In this document: positions 23,749 to 35,895 of the stretch, one piece after another
Layout of the letters: each line of letters opens with the position of its first letter
Position numbering within the stretch: position 1 is the first letter of the stretch
Notes under the pieces: model-generated
Told to the model about the DNA's origin: nothing
The model's input: only the letters and a program-made list of their open reading frames with translations
Database searches by the model: none
Program-made: the position numbers and the translations under genes
Assembly (NCBI GenBank): GCA_030390025.1
Contig: CM059433.1
Coordinates: 1,984,001-2,048,000 of the forward strand
Source of the DNA: Squalus acanthias
Taxonomy: Eukaryota
Direction of reading: 5' to 3'
DNA length: 64,000 nucleotides

Positions 23749-24952
23749 GGACCAGATTTTGCGATAAATGTAACAGTGAGGCTATCAATGCTCACCGTTA
23801 AGAGTTAATCAGACAGCAACTTCCGGCGACCGCACGTGCGCAGCTAAACGTGGAAATCAGGAAGTAGCTGTCCGAGTTGCCCTGCTCCTCCAGAAGCTTC
23901 GCTTTAACAGTATCTCGCCTAGAGACTCCGCATTGAAACACATGAGGTTGCTGTGCTTTTTTAAAATTTGTTTATGGGATGTGGGCGTCGCTGGCAAGGC
24001 CAGCATTTATTGCCCATCCTAGTTGCCCTTGAGAAGGTGGTGGTGAGCCGCCGCCTTGAACCGCTGCAGTCCGTGTGGTGAAGGTACTCCCACAGTGCTG
24101 TTAGAGAGGGAGTTCCAGGATTTTGACCCAGCGACGATGAAGGATTGGCTATAAACATCTAAGTCAGGATGGTGTGTAACTGGGAGGGGAACTTGGAGGT
24201 GGTGGTGTTCCCATGTGCCTGCTGCCCTTGTCCTTCTAGGTGGAAGAGGTCGCAGGTTTGGGAGGGGCTGCCGAAGAAGCCTTGGCGAGTTGCTGCAGTG
24301 CATCTTGTAGATGGTACACACTGCAGCCACGGTACGCCGTTGGTGGAGGGAGTGAATGTTTAAGGTGGTGGATAGGGTGCCAATCAAGCGGGCTGCTTTG
24401 TCCTGGATGGTGTCGAGCTTCTTGCGTGTTACATGATAGATAACCACTAAATACGCCAGAAAATGTTAAGGCTTGTCCACTCTAGTATTAATGGATTTTT
24501 AACGGCGTATTAAGTCTTAATTAAGCAAAACAACCTCTCTGGCACTCAAAATTTACTTTTATAGTGTGGAAGCTCATTCGTTTAGAATTTAATTATTGTT
24601 GGAGATTTAAAAAATTAAAATTTAAATACTTTTTTCTGTCTCTTAACTTTCTCAATCCCATCTTTCTTTTCCTCTCAATTTTGCTTTCTGTACATGATTT
24701 GGCATTGAATTATATATTCTAACTTGCACTTCCTGGTTCAGACTGCGCTGCTCATTAAGCATTCTTTGATTTGATTGGGTAAGAAGATATACAGTGGCCT
24801 TCCCTGTTCTCGCAGGTCCCAGATCTCTTGTAGAGGGCACCTGCTCTGAATTGGATTTATTACCACAAGTTCCAGAGCAAAAGCCCATAGAGAGTCTGTG
24901 GGGAAGTGTAAGTGTAATTAACGGCTGGCGCCGAGGACCACAAAATCCAGGC
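23749..24952. mobile_element. Harbinger-type MITE family A, interrupted by a LINE fragment
   Basis: Termini GGACCAGATTTTTGC and ACAAAATCCAGGC. Homology to 18228-18904 on both sides of the 23957-24430 insert. Confidence 0.7.
23957..24430 (-). mobile_element. 3' fragment of a second CR1-group LINE family (family B)
   Basis: KKLDTIQDKAARLIG...HSLHQRRTVAAVCTIYKMH...SKSWNSL...FKAAAHHHLL; tail GGGCAATAAATGCTGGCCTTGCCAGCGACGCCCACATCCCATAA. Confidence 0.88.
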
Positions 24953-25189
24953 ATTTGTGTACTACATGGCATGGTGATCCTGTCCATATAAAACAATATG
25001 TGATCTGATTTACTGTGAGTAATGACACAGGCCATCTGCTAAAAATGTGTGTTTTTTTAAAAAGGCACACCTGGTGCCATTTTCTCTGCTACACACTTTT
25101 ATGGGGCATTGCTGGTTTCTGTGTCATACTTGAACAAAGTGCACTTTAGACTGTTGTTTGGATTGTATGAAGGCCACAAGCAAGTGGAA

Positions 25190-25810
25190 AGGAGGGGGAG
25201 GAAGAAATATGAAAGCAATATGTGAAATGAGTAAAGGACATAGAATAATAATCCATGAGAGATTTTAACTACCCCAAATAAACTGGCAAGGAGAAGTAGA
25301 GAAAGGGGTACAGGGAATGGAGTTTTTACAATGTGTACAGGACTCCATTCTTACCCAGTATGTAAAAAGCACAAGAAGAGAGGGAGCCCTGCTGGATCTA
25401 GTAATGGGAATTGAACCAGAACAGATAAGAAGAGTAAGTGTAGGGGAACATCTGGATAATAGTGATCACAACATAAGGTTTAAGATAAAGGTCGAGAATG
25501 ACATAAGTAAGACAAAGACCAAAGTCATAAATTGGACAAAAGCTGACTTTAAGGGGATGAGATGGAAACTAGGGAAAATAAACTGTAAAAATTTACTGAA
25601 AAACAAAGAAATAGAACAGCAGTCGGAAACATTTAAAACGGTGATCAATAATGTCCAAGAGAAATAGATCCCACTAAAAAGCAAGAACAAATTAGCCAGT
25701 AATGACGCACCATGGATGAATAAAGAAATAAGGGCAAAATTGGAAACTTAAGAAACAGGCATGCATTAAGCACATGGACAACAAAGGAGAGGATGATAAA
25801 AGGGATGTAG
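25190..25810 (+). mobile_element. Old internal CR1 fragment (APE endonuclease region)
   Basis: RDFNYP, MEFLQCVQDSILTQYV...REGALLDLVMG...GEHLDNSDHN, PWMNKEI. Confidence 0.8.
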
Positions 25811-26464
25811 CGAATGGCATACGGCGGCCATGTTGCGAGCGGACATCACGTGGCCAGTGTGGTGCGAATGAGTGGCTGCTGATGAGGTCACATGGTCGAA
25901 TTGGCACGAGGGCTGGTGGCGCAAAGCAGCAGATGGCAGAAGTCCGGTAGGAGAGCTTAGCACGAGGCAGGAAAAGAGAGGAGCTCGGGGAGCGCAGGTT
26001 CAAGGTAGAAGAGAGAGCAGAGGCAGGAATAATGCAGGGATAGAGATGGTACAGAGTGGCGGGTTATATTGGACAATGGTTATATAGTTGAGATGGGAAG
26101 TAACAATAATTCCCTCGTTCATCAGTCACAGCAATAACTCTCAAATTTATACTGAATATTTTGAACATGTTTGACCTCTAAATTCTGGAGATTCAAGAGT
26201 CATAACTGCTTCCAACAGATTAGATGCAGTACAGATAGCTGGTATATGACAATTTTATGTTTGCTCTTTAACAAATTAGGGCTCATTGTATTTCCTGACA
26301 TTTGACATTGTGTCAAGGTTTGTATTTCCGTAGAATGTATGTTGCAGTATTTCAGACCTGTATATTTTTAAGGTACTGGGGAAAGGTACCACTCGGAGAA
26401 AAAGTTTGTCAGTTGGAAGAGTTCAAATGGTCAATTAACAGATTCCAGTGATAGGATGCAAGCC

Positions 26465-26615
26465 TAGAAGATGCTGGAAATACACATTAGCACCTGTGAG
26501 GAGAAAGGTCCAGTTAATGTTTTAGTTGTGGACCCTTCATTCTGATGAAGGATCCTTATCCGAACTCTTAACCGAGAAGTGTATTTTCAACACTTGCAGT
26601 TTCTTTTTATTTATG
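26465..26615. mobile_element. Old degraded head-to-head PLE terminal-repeat pair
   Basis: AGATGCTGGAAATACAC...CCAGTTAATGTTTTAG...GACCCTTCAT|TCTGATGAAGGATCCTTATCCGAAC...GTATTTTCAACAC. Confidence 0.45.
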
Positions 26616-26788
26616 TTCCTCTGATGATATATTGGTTTTGTGACACTTAAGTCAGAGGTCTGTGCAACTAATATGCTAATTTATTGAACCTATTCCCTAC
26701 CATTAATCTTTAGTGGAAAAATATTTTGCAGCATGTTATCTCAATGAACTGCTAGTAAAAATATTACATTTATTATTGTAAACATATG

Positions 26789-27068
26789 GGGGTGGAAATT
26801 CGTGTCTGGCAGTGGCTCAAAGCGGGCGTTATTGGATCGGCCGCCCGCTACACGCAGCGCCTGACATTCAGCTCCATTGACTGCAATACACGCACAGCGC
26901 CTGACATTCAGCTCCATTGACTGCAATACACGCACAGCGCCTGACATTCAGCTCCATTGACTGCAATACACGCACAGCGCCTGACATTCAGTTCCATTGA
27001 CTGCAATAACTGGAGCCTGATCCAATACCACCTGTTTTGCGCCACACTCTCAGATAAATTTCTACCCC
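26789..27068. mobile_element. Palindromic Harbinger-type MITE containing a 40-bp tandem repeat
   Basis: TIRs GGGGTGGAAATT and AATTTCTACCCC; internal inverted arms TATTGGATC/GATCCAATA. Confidence 0.7.
26855..27008 (+). repeat. Minisatellite, 40-bp unit, ~3.85 copies
   Basis: Unit CAGCGCCTGACATTCAGCTCCATTGACTGCAATACACGCA; one substitution in the last copy. Confidence 0.95.
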
Positions 27069-27239
27069 ATAAGTTCCTGGATATTCTTTAGCACAATAGC
27101 ACATATTTGAGTCCAGGAGACTATTTAACATTAAGCAGCTCATGTGGCTTTTAGGGTTTAGTATTTATGCAATGTATAGGACCCACTGATCTCTTCTATG
27201 TCAGTTAAACCTTCACTGCAAACTGGGTTTCCGTTCTAT

Positions 27240-27367
27240 AAAAGGCATCAAGGGGTATGGGGAGAGAGCGGGAATGTGATATTGAGATAGAGGATCAGCC
27301 ATGATATTGAATGGCGGAGCAGGCTCGAAGGGCCGAATGGCCTCCTCCTACTCCTATTTTTCTATGT
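27240..27367 (+). mobile_element. Short CR1 3' end
   Basis: AAAGGCATCAAGGGGTATGGGGAGAGAGCGGG...GATCAGCCATGA...GGCCGAATGGCCTCCTCCTACTCCTATTTTTCTATG. Confidence 0.85.
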
Positions 27368-27626
27368 ACCTCCCCCATTTTTCTGCATTAGTTAATACAA
27401 TTAATTCAGACCGCTTCATTTTATCCCAAGCAACAATTCCTTCTCAGTTTAAACACAGTGGCTATTAAATAGTTTAGTAACTCTCAGTCAAGTGCTATGG
27501 TTATATAACTTTTTCCAAAATTATAACTATTTCTCGAACAATAGTAAAGGACACCAAAACTTGTTGATCCTTTTCTTCGATGAACGTATATGTTTGTAAC
27601 TTTCAAATACAAATGCTTTTTTCCAG

Positions 27627-27690
27627 GATGGATTCGATGCCATTAACCCTGAGTGGGCAAAATCAGTGGAGAAAAGGAAGAAAATAAAGG
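27627..27690 (+). CDS. NBAS: NBAS coding exon 13
   Basis: ttccag|GATGGA...AAAGG|gtatga; DGFDAINPEWAKSVEKRKKIK; 64 nt. Confidence 0.95.
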
Positions 27691-27994
27691 GTATGAAATG
27701 TCCTAAATAATGGTTTAGTTTCTCTGCAATTCTTACAGGGATTTATTTTTGTTTTGTTTTTAACAATTGGATTCTGGAAGATTGCTTTTGAATGGATAGT
27801 TCATTTTTTTCCCTTTCTTGTCTGGCTCTTTTAAATTCTATTTTGAGTGCATGACCTTTCAACAAAAAAAATCCATGTGCAATTTCGGTTTGTTTAAGCA
27901 ATGTGTATAATTTGAAGGAGATTGAACAGCAAGATGATGAAGACTCCAATAAATCTTTTTTTTTAAAGTGCAGTAGGATCCAAATCTTAATAAA

Positions 27995-28113
27995 ACAAAA
28001 AGCAAAATACCACAGATGCCTGAAATCTGAAATAAAAACAGAAAATGCTGGACACACTCAGCAGGTCAGGCAGCTTCTCTCCACAGATCCTGCCTGACCT
28101 GCTAAGCATTTTC
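27995..28113. mobile_element. Head-to-head PLE terminal-repeat remnant with the centre deleted
   Basis: AAAGCAAAATACCACAGATGCCTGAAATCTG...CAGCAGGTCAGGCAGC followed by the inverted TCTCTCCACAGATCCTGCCTGACCTGCTAAGCATTTTC. Confidence 0.75.
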
Positions 28114-28243
28114 AAATATTAAATTTCCTTTGCTTACATGGGTATTTAACAATATGTTTAATCTTGTATGACTTACTTACAGTTTTGCTTTGTTTAATGA
28201 TCTTGGAAGAACATCAGATTTTATGTAATCTCTCGTCCTTTAG

Positions 28244-28437
28244 ACAGATCGTCATTTTATCCCCTCAGTGATGTAAACTGGTGGGCTGCCAATGCAGTCA
28301 TTCTGGCTCGCTGTTCTGGTGCTGTAACTGTATCATCTGTGAGGACGTTGAAAAACCTGCTTGGACAGTCTTGTGAATGGTTTGAACCTTCACCTCAAGT
28401 CACTGCTGCCCATGATGGAAGCTTTATGAGTTTAGAG
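28244..28437 (+). CDS. NBAS: NBAS coding exon 14
   Basis: ctttag|ACAGA...TTAGAG|gtactg; RSSFYPLSDVNWWAANAVILARCSGAVTVSSVRTLKNLLGQSCEWFEPSPQVTAAHDGSFMSLE; 194 nt. Confidence 0.97.
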
Positions 28438-29109
28438 GTACTGAATGTAAAACTTCTTGTTATAGATTAATGTTAAAAAAAAAAACATTAACTGCCGATA
28501 ACTTTTTTTTCCTCAGTGGAGCTTGCATTTTTATAAATTAATAATTTGACTGTTTTGGTCTTTTAACTTTCATGTCTTCCATCACATTTTAGTTTACATA
28601 TTTATGGCTTTCTATTTTTCAACACATCTAATTTTTCCTCCCCATTTTACTCCAGTTATAGTCATAGTACAATAAAGAAAATAGTTGCATTTAGTGATTC
28701 TTGAGTGGAAAACAATAGCATACTCTCAGCAATCCAGAACACGCTGACTTTCTTCACTTCTCTGTCTTCCATTTGCACAGGGATGGAAAGGATTAGAGAA
28801 GTCCATTTCAAGAAGACTAAAACTGTCAAAGATGGGAGAAAGCCATTTGTTCCATCGATCTTGTCCATCTAGTACACTAACTCACCTAGCTTAACATCTA
28901 ATTGTATTTTGCATTCTCCACTCTGTCCCAATAATGTGAATCCCATGTCCCTTCAAAGTCTTACTGTGCTGATTCAGTTTCCTTCATCCTATGCCTATGT
29001 TGATCATTCTTTATTCCTAGAAACAATACTTTTGCATTTGTTGGTGTTAAAATCCTGCTTTTCCCATCCTTGCTGACCTGCACTGACTTCCTGTTCCCCG
29101 ATGCATTAA

Positions 29110-29455
29110 AGAATCCTTGTACTCATTTACAAATTCCTTCACAACTTAACACTACCCTACCTTCTTGACATCTTCCAGCCTTGAATGTCCTTCGGTCCTC
29201 TGAGTCTGGCCTTTTCAGCTGTGATGTTCCAGCACTGGTGATGTCTTGGCCCTACTCTCTGAAATCCCCTCCCTAAATGCCTCTACTTCTCTCTTCCCCC
29301 ATTTAAAAGCCTCCTTAAAATCTATCTGTTTGTCCATTCCTTTGGTCACCTCTGTTAGCTCCCCACATAGACTTGGTATCCATTCCTTTCTCGCCCTGTG
29401 AAGCACCTTAGGATGTTATTCTGCATTAAGGTGCTATAGAAATGCAAGTTGTTTA
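29110..29455 (+). mobile_element. Old L2 3' fragment
   Basis: Degraded homology to 21830-22200, ending CTGTGAAGCACCTTAGGATG...AAGGTGCTATAGAAATGCAAGTTG. Confidence 0.6.
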
Positions 29456-30051
29456 TGGCATTCAACCTTCTTGATGATTTATTTATTGCAAGATATGAAA
29501 AATTACCAACTACTCAACAATTGCTGACAATTTTGAATGCTGTGTAAAATTATCTGTATTGAATGGGACAAGCCATCCTCCCTCATGGGACAGGCACTTT
29601 CTACTGGCTATTTAATGTTTGTGAAGGCTCACAACCTTGTTTCTGAAACTTCCCTGTCATCTGAGATCCCCTTCCTGCATGTATGAAATCTACTCTTCCG
29701 GGCTTTTGTCCCTTCTCTGCTCCCCTGCCCCATGTTGCATAAGTTAGCAATTCATTTCTCCTGCATCTTTGAGTAGGTTTCACTAGAAGGAGCTGGAAGT
29801 TGAAATTGGCAGGAGGAAGGCTTGCCATACAATCAAGGCAACCTCTGTGCATTATAATTAATGCAATGTCATCTGTTTTGTTATTTTCTGAGATAGGTGC
29901 TCTTTAGCAAAAAGTACAGTTCAACTTCACTATACCACAAACTCCTTCCAAACCTGAATCCAAGTGATCATGCCAGTTCAGTTAATTGGCTTCATAACAG
30001 GTGATCATTTGAACTTGTAAATGTAATGTTACTTTTTTCTTTAATGTCTTT

Positions 30052-30340
30052 CGGATGAGACGTTTGCTCTCTCAGGTGGACGTAAAAGATTCCATGGCAC
30101 TATTTCGAAGAAGACCAGGGGATTTATCCCCGGTGTGCCTGGCCAATATTTATCCCTCAATCAACATCACTAAAACAGATTATCTGGTCATTATCACGTT
30201 GCTGTTTGTGGGAGCTTGCTGTGCGCAAATTGGCTGCCGCGCTTCCTACATTACAACAGTGACTACACTTCAAAAAGCACTTCATTGGGTGTAAAGCGCT
30301 TTGGGACATCTGGTGGTCGCGAAAGGCGCTATATAAATGC
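30052..30340 (+). mobile_element. SacSINE1-like DeuSINE, 5'-truncated, adjacent to the exon 15 acceptor
   Basis: Deu-domain-like AAAAGATTCCATGGCACTATTTCGAAGAAG...CCCCGGTGTGCCTGGCCAATATTTATCCCTC and L2-type tail GAAAGGCGCTATATAAATGC. Flanking repeat ATGTCTTT at 30044-30051 and 30341-30348. Confidence 0.85.
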
Positions 30341-30365
30341 ATGTCTTTTTTAATTTTCTTCTTAG

Positions 30366-30623
30366 TGTGAAGTGAAGCTAGCTCACAAGAGGCATCGTTT
30401 GGAAAGTAATTCATTAGATGATGATGACGGAGAGGAAGACTCTGACTCCGATGACGAATCCTCTGCCAAAGCTCGGTATTTTGGTTATGTGAAGCAGGGC
30501 CTGTATTACATGACAGAAATGGAGCGATTTGCCCCCCCTAGAAAGCGACCACGAACAATCACCAAAACCTACAGGCTAGTGAGTTTGAGGTCTACAACTC
30601 CAGAGGAGCTCTATCAAAGAAAG
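30366..30623 (+). CDS. NBAS: NBAS coding exon 15
   Basis: tcttag|TGTGAA...AGAAAG|gtcagt; CEVKLAHKRHRLE...SAKARYFGYVKQGLYYMTEMERFAPPRKRPRTITKTYRLVSLRSTTPEELYQRK; 258 nt. Confidence 0.98.
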
Positions 30624-31850
30624 GTCAGTATAAATTTTAAAAAAAGAAATGGGCTAGAAATTAGTTAAAATTATTTGAGATACTCATGACCAATTCATTA
30701 TAGCATTATTGGCTGTTGCATTGCATTAATCATAGCTGATTTGTGCAATTTCTCTACCTCCAACATTGGATAATTTATGTGGTAACTGAAAATCACAGAT
30801 CACAATGACTTTGTGGTATTTAGATGACCACGATGTGCCTCGGAGAAATGATTATGGATTCAAGTTCCTGAGTTCTCCGACAGTTGATTTGGCTTTGTTC
30901 CTCATAAATGGAGAATTTTACAAATTGAGACATGAAGAAAAACTGGAGATGGCTATCTCATTCCAAGTCCACACACTGATAACCCAATCAGTCATAGAAC
31001 AACATTGAGAGAATCTGTGGAGAATCTTACATGAACTTTTTGTTTCTCCCAATCCTTGCACCTTACACCTTTCTTTGAATTTCAGAAAAATCTGTACTTT
31101 TAGATTTTTACCCAGTGTAATACCTAAAGTGACATTGTCATAGCAGAAATATTGTATGCCAACTGACCTGTACTGTATAGTGATGAAAATAAAACTGCAA
31201 ATGCTGAAAATCTGAAATTAAAAATAGAAAATCCGGGAACATACAGCAGTTGGAAAAAGAGAAGCCTGTTAAATATTTGGACGTCAGTTACTTTTCAAAT
31301 GCTTAGCACTGAAGATAATCCCGTAAGAAAGCCCTTGCTCCCTATGAACCAGATTTTACCGTTACATGCCTAACACTATCTTGGTAATTGTAGCGAGCCT
31401 AGGGGTTGAAAGAAACCCTCGTCACTGTAATGGGTTTAATGAATAGATCACTGCATTCTTGTAATTTCCTTGACTTTGGACAGCCGTAGATTAAACTTCC
31501 TGTCAGACCTTGCCTTAAGACTATGAACTATTGAATGAATTTATTAATTTTACATCTGTATGCACTTCCAGTTGCTATCTTTTTGTCATGATTTAAATTT
31601 TTTTTCCCATTATAGTTTCCCATGTTAAAATGGAAGCTGCTTATATAAACATGTCACACAGTAATTAGATCCTTCACCAGCAGTGATGCTGTAGCATCGC
31701 AGTTTTACGTCTCCCAGCTCCTGTCCGGCAGAGAAACACCTATGTTCTAACCAATTCTATTTCTCTGCGTCTCACTTTGCCATAAATTTCACTATTTAAC
31801 TATAAATAATATCAGTAGAAAGTATTATATGAAAATTATGACATAACCTA

Positions 31851-32142
31851 TGATAAGGATAAGGGGTAAGCCATTTAGGACAGAAATGAGGAAGAATTTC
31901 TTCACCCAGAGAGTGGTGAACCTGTGGAATTCTCTACCACAGAAGGTAGTTGAGGCCAAGTCATTAAATATATTCAAGAATGAGTTAGATATATTTCTTA
32001 AAGCTAAAGGTATCGAGGGATATGGGGAGAAGGCAGGTACAGGGTACTGAGTTTGGATGATCAGCCATGATCTCATCGAATGGCGGAGCAGGCTCGAGGG
32101 GCCGAATGGTCTACTCCTGCTCCTATCTTCTATGTTTCTATG
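31851..32142 (+). mobile_element. CR1 3' fragment, same subfamily as 57945-62408
   Basis: RIRGKPFRTEMRKNFFTQRVVNLWNSLPQKVVEAKSLNIFKNELD...GTGY*, with a (TTTCTATG) tail. Confidence 0.92.
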
Positions 32143-33824
32143 ACTTAAAAATGGGAACCAAATTATAATGTGTGCCCTGGCGCTCTCATCTCCTGTCCTT
32201 CAATCCCTCTTCAGCTGAAGACTACTCTTGATCTTGACTCCCTGTGTACTGCACCACAGGAAATCAACTAGTAAATAGGTAAGAGTGTGGTAGAAAGCAA
32301 ACAGCAGATTTACAGTAATTTACAGAACACAGCTATTGCTGCTCAGAATATAGAAAATAACAGTCATATCTTCTGCACTAAAACTCTTAAAACTTAACCT
32401 GATAGCATCCTGTAAATTAATTAATACCGAGTTTATATCTTTCATGATTGATTGCTTCAGGTTGACGAACATCATAGGATATCAAAATAAATAAGAATGA
32501 GCTTCCCAGAATCTGTCGGTGATAACTCGGGAATCTGCCTAAGATAATTTTCCTCGTGAGCCACTTGCCAGAAGTGTATGCACCTAATTAAAAAAAGCCT
32601 GGGATGCCCATCGCCCACCTTCTTGCTCCTGAAACACATCCCATTGTTAGCCAATTATAAAAGCCCCTTTTGAACTCAAGAATAAAGTAAACTCTGCTTC
32701 CATTTAAGATATTAAAATGTTAATGTCTCCTTGATATCTATAACAGATGTCTTATGTTTTTGGGATGTTGTATCGCAAACAGACTGGATTATTTTCTTTA
32801 ACTGAACCCGGTTTTTAACCATAAAGGTAGCATAATGAAAAGACGAGATAAATAATATACTAAGGGCAAAACACTACAATTTATTGCAGGATAATATTTT
32901 TGGCTAAAGACCTTTTGTCAGAACTGGAAAAGGAAAGGAGGCAAGCTGGTTTATAAGACGAAGCAAACAAAGAGATGTGGTAAAGGGTGCTGGTCAGATC
33001 TGCTGAATACTAGTATGACGAGTAGTTGCTAATGAGTTAATAGCTGTGAAATAGTTTTTTTAAAACTGTTAAAATGATCAGAAATGCAAGATTACACACT
33101 GAGGTCGGCTCAGACAGCTGCAAAGTGGAAAGCAGTGATTAAAATGAACACATTGCAGATTTTACTCTTCTGTTTTCACATCTGAATCTTTCATAATGAA
33201 TTTAAGTACAAATTGACAGCAAACGTCCTCGGGTTCATTATCCATGGGATTTTCCAACCTGCCTGTCCTGCACGGTTAAATCATTACCCACTTAACAATC
33301 ATTTCCTGAGCCTCAAAATTCTTATAACCTATTCACACATCCATTTTTATATATGTGAAATAAAGGTAGTAATGCACCTGGTGTAATCCTGTCTGTTTCA
33401 CATAGACAGTATGATAGCAAGATTAGGAATAATGAATTCTGTGGAGAAATAACATTTACCATTTTATTTTATAAGTCTCCCCATCCATAGATAAGAAGTC
33501 TTGCATCAATCAAGGGTTCCTTCTAACCAAGCAACTTTTTGCGACCTGTACATATATTAAGACCAGTATGTCAGATTTTGTTGCTCAATGCATCAAGAAA
33601 TTCAAGTTAGTGAGACCTGTGTGACTTACAAAATCATAATATTACTCTTCCTAGATTTTGTGTCCTTTTATTGAAGTCCATAGTGAGTCCCAAATACATT
33701 ACCCCATTTCATTTTCATTAGTTGTTGCATCTGATTGATTCTTTCAGAATCTATTTGAATTGTATTACTGTAACTCATTTACTTACAGTCCTCCTGAAAC
33801 AACTGTACACCCAGAGGCTGCTGG

Positions 33825-35280
33825 ACATAAGAACATAAGACGTAGGAGCAGGAGTAGGTCATTTGGCCCCTTGAGCCTGCTCCGCCATTCAATAAGATTG
33901 TGGCTGATCTGATCTTGGCCTCAACTCCACTTCCCTGCCCGCTCCCCATAACCCTTGACTCCCTTACCTTTCAAAAATCTGTCTATCTCCACCTTAAATA
34001 TATTCAGTGACCCAGCCTCCACAGCTCTCTGGGGAAGAGAATTCCAAAGATTCACGACCCTCTGAGAGAAGAAATTCCTCCTCATTTCCGATTTAAAAGG
34101 GTGCCCCCTTATTCTGAAATTATGCCCCCTAGTTCTAGATTCCCCCACGAGGGGAAACATCCTCTCTGCATCTACCTTGTCAAGCCCCTTCAGAATCTTA
34201 TATGTTTCAATAAGATCCTCTCTCATTCTTCTAAACTCCAATGAGTATAGGCCCAACTTGCTCAACCTTTCTTCATAAGACAACTCCTTCATCTCTGGAA
34301 TCAACCTCGTGAACCTTCTCTGAACTGCCTCCAATGCAAGTATATCCTTCCTTAAATAAGGAGACCAAAACTGTACGCAGTACTCCAGGTTTGGTCTCAC
34401 CAACGCCCTGTACAGTTGTAACAGGACTTCCCTGCTTTTATACTCCATTCCCTTTGCAATAAAGGCCAACATTCCATTTGCCTTCCTAATTACTTGCTGT
34501 ACCTGCATGCTAACTTTTTGTGATTCATGTACAAGGACCCCCAGATCCCTCTGTACCTCAGCATTTTGTAATCTCTCTCCATTTAAATAATCTGCTTTTT
34601 TATTTTTCCTACCCAAGTGGATAACCTCGCATTTTCCCACATTAAACTCCATCTGCCAGATTTTTGCCCACTCACTTAGCCTATCTATATCCTTTTGGAG
34701 ATTCTTTGCGTCCTCCACACAACTTGCTTTCCCACCTATCTTTGTATCATCAGCAAATTTGGCTACATTACACTCAGTCCCTTCATCCAAGTCATTATTA
34801 TAGATTGTAAATAGTTGAGGCCCCAGCACTGATCTCTGCGACACCCCACTAGTTACAGTTTGCCAACCTGAAAATGACCCATTTATCCCGACTCTCTGCT
34901 TTCTGTTAGTTAGCCAATCCTCTATCCATGCCAATATATTACCCCCAACCCTGTGCGCTCTTATCTTGTGCAGTAACCTTTTATGTGGCACCTTATCGAA
35001 TGCCTTCTGGAAATCCAAATACACTACATCTACTGGTTCCCCTTTATCCTGCTCGTTACATCCTCGCAGAACTCCAGCAAATTTGTCAAACATGATTTCC
35101 CTTTCATAAAACCATGCTGACTCTGCTTGACTATATTATGATTTTCTAAATGTCCTGCTACCACTTCCTTAATGATGGACTCCAGTATTTTCCCAATGAC
35201 AGATGTTCGGCTAACTGGTCGATAGTTGCCTGCTTTCTGTCTCCCTCCTTTCTTAAATAGGGGCGTTACATTTGCGGTTT
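33825..35280 (-). mobile_element. CR1 LINE, 5'-truncated (RT domain and C-terminus)
   Basis: 390-aa ORF with YLDFQKAFDKVPH, KFADDTK and YCVQFWSP; 3' tail (TTCTTATG). Confidence 0.95.
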
Positions 35281-35895
35281 GTTATTTGATGTGTGAAATC
35301 AACAGATTATTGAAAAGGACTTCTTTCATATTAATTCGTGTTGTTTTGTATGGGCATTGGAAACCAATGATTTTATTTGATCTGCAGTCTACTGTAAATG
35401 ACTTCTGAAGAATTCAGTGAAACTACTTATGCAAATTAATGAACACTTTAGTGAGGAATATACTGGGTGCACACTTTGTTCCCATGTCCCCAAGAAAGTT
35501 CAAATTTCAGCATCCTACACAAATTTGAGGGTGTACAACAGTGCCCATTTAGAATGGGTTTGTATGTACTCTGGAGGTAAAATTTAAACACTTCGTCATG
35601 GCAATATAGGGAAGGCTTTGTGTTGTATCTGCCCATCTCCTACCTCACTTGAAGATGCTCATTGTTGTTACTACAGGTACAAAGTGAAATTGATGTTCTA
35701 GTTCCCTCAGAACTGTCTTCCTTCACCTTACCCATGAGGTTCTACCCATGAAAATTCAAGTTTCTTAAAACAGGCTATATTTTGGTTTAGTTCTCTCTTT
35801 TGTCTGGCCATTGCTTTTACCCATTCCCCATAACACCAGTCTTCTGCCACATACCATCTGTGATTATCCTGCTCCAGGCTTTCACTTGTGTTACT

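Noticed and set aside
26855..27008. CRISPR-like direct repeats
   Set aside because: The units are contiguous and identical with no unique spacers, and the context is a eukaryotic intron.
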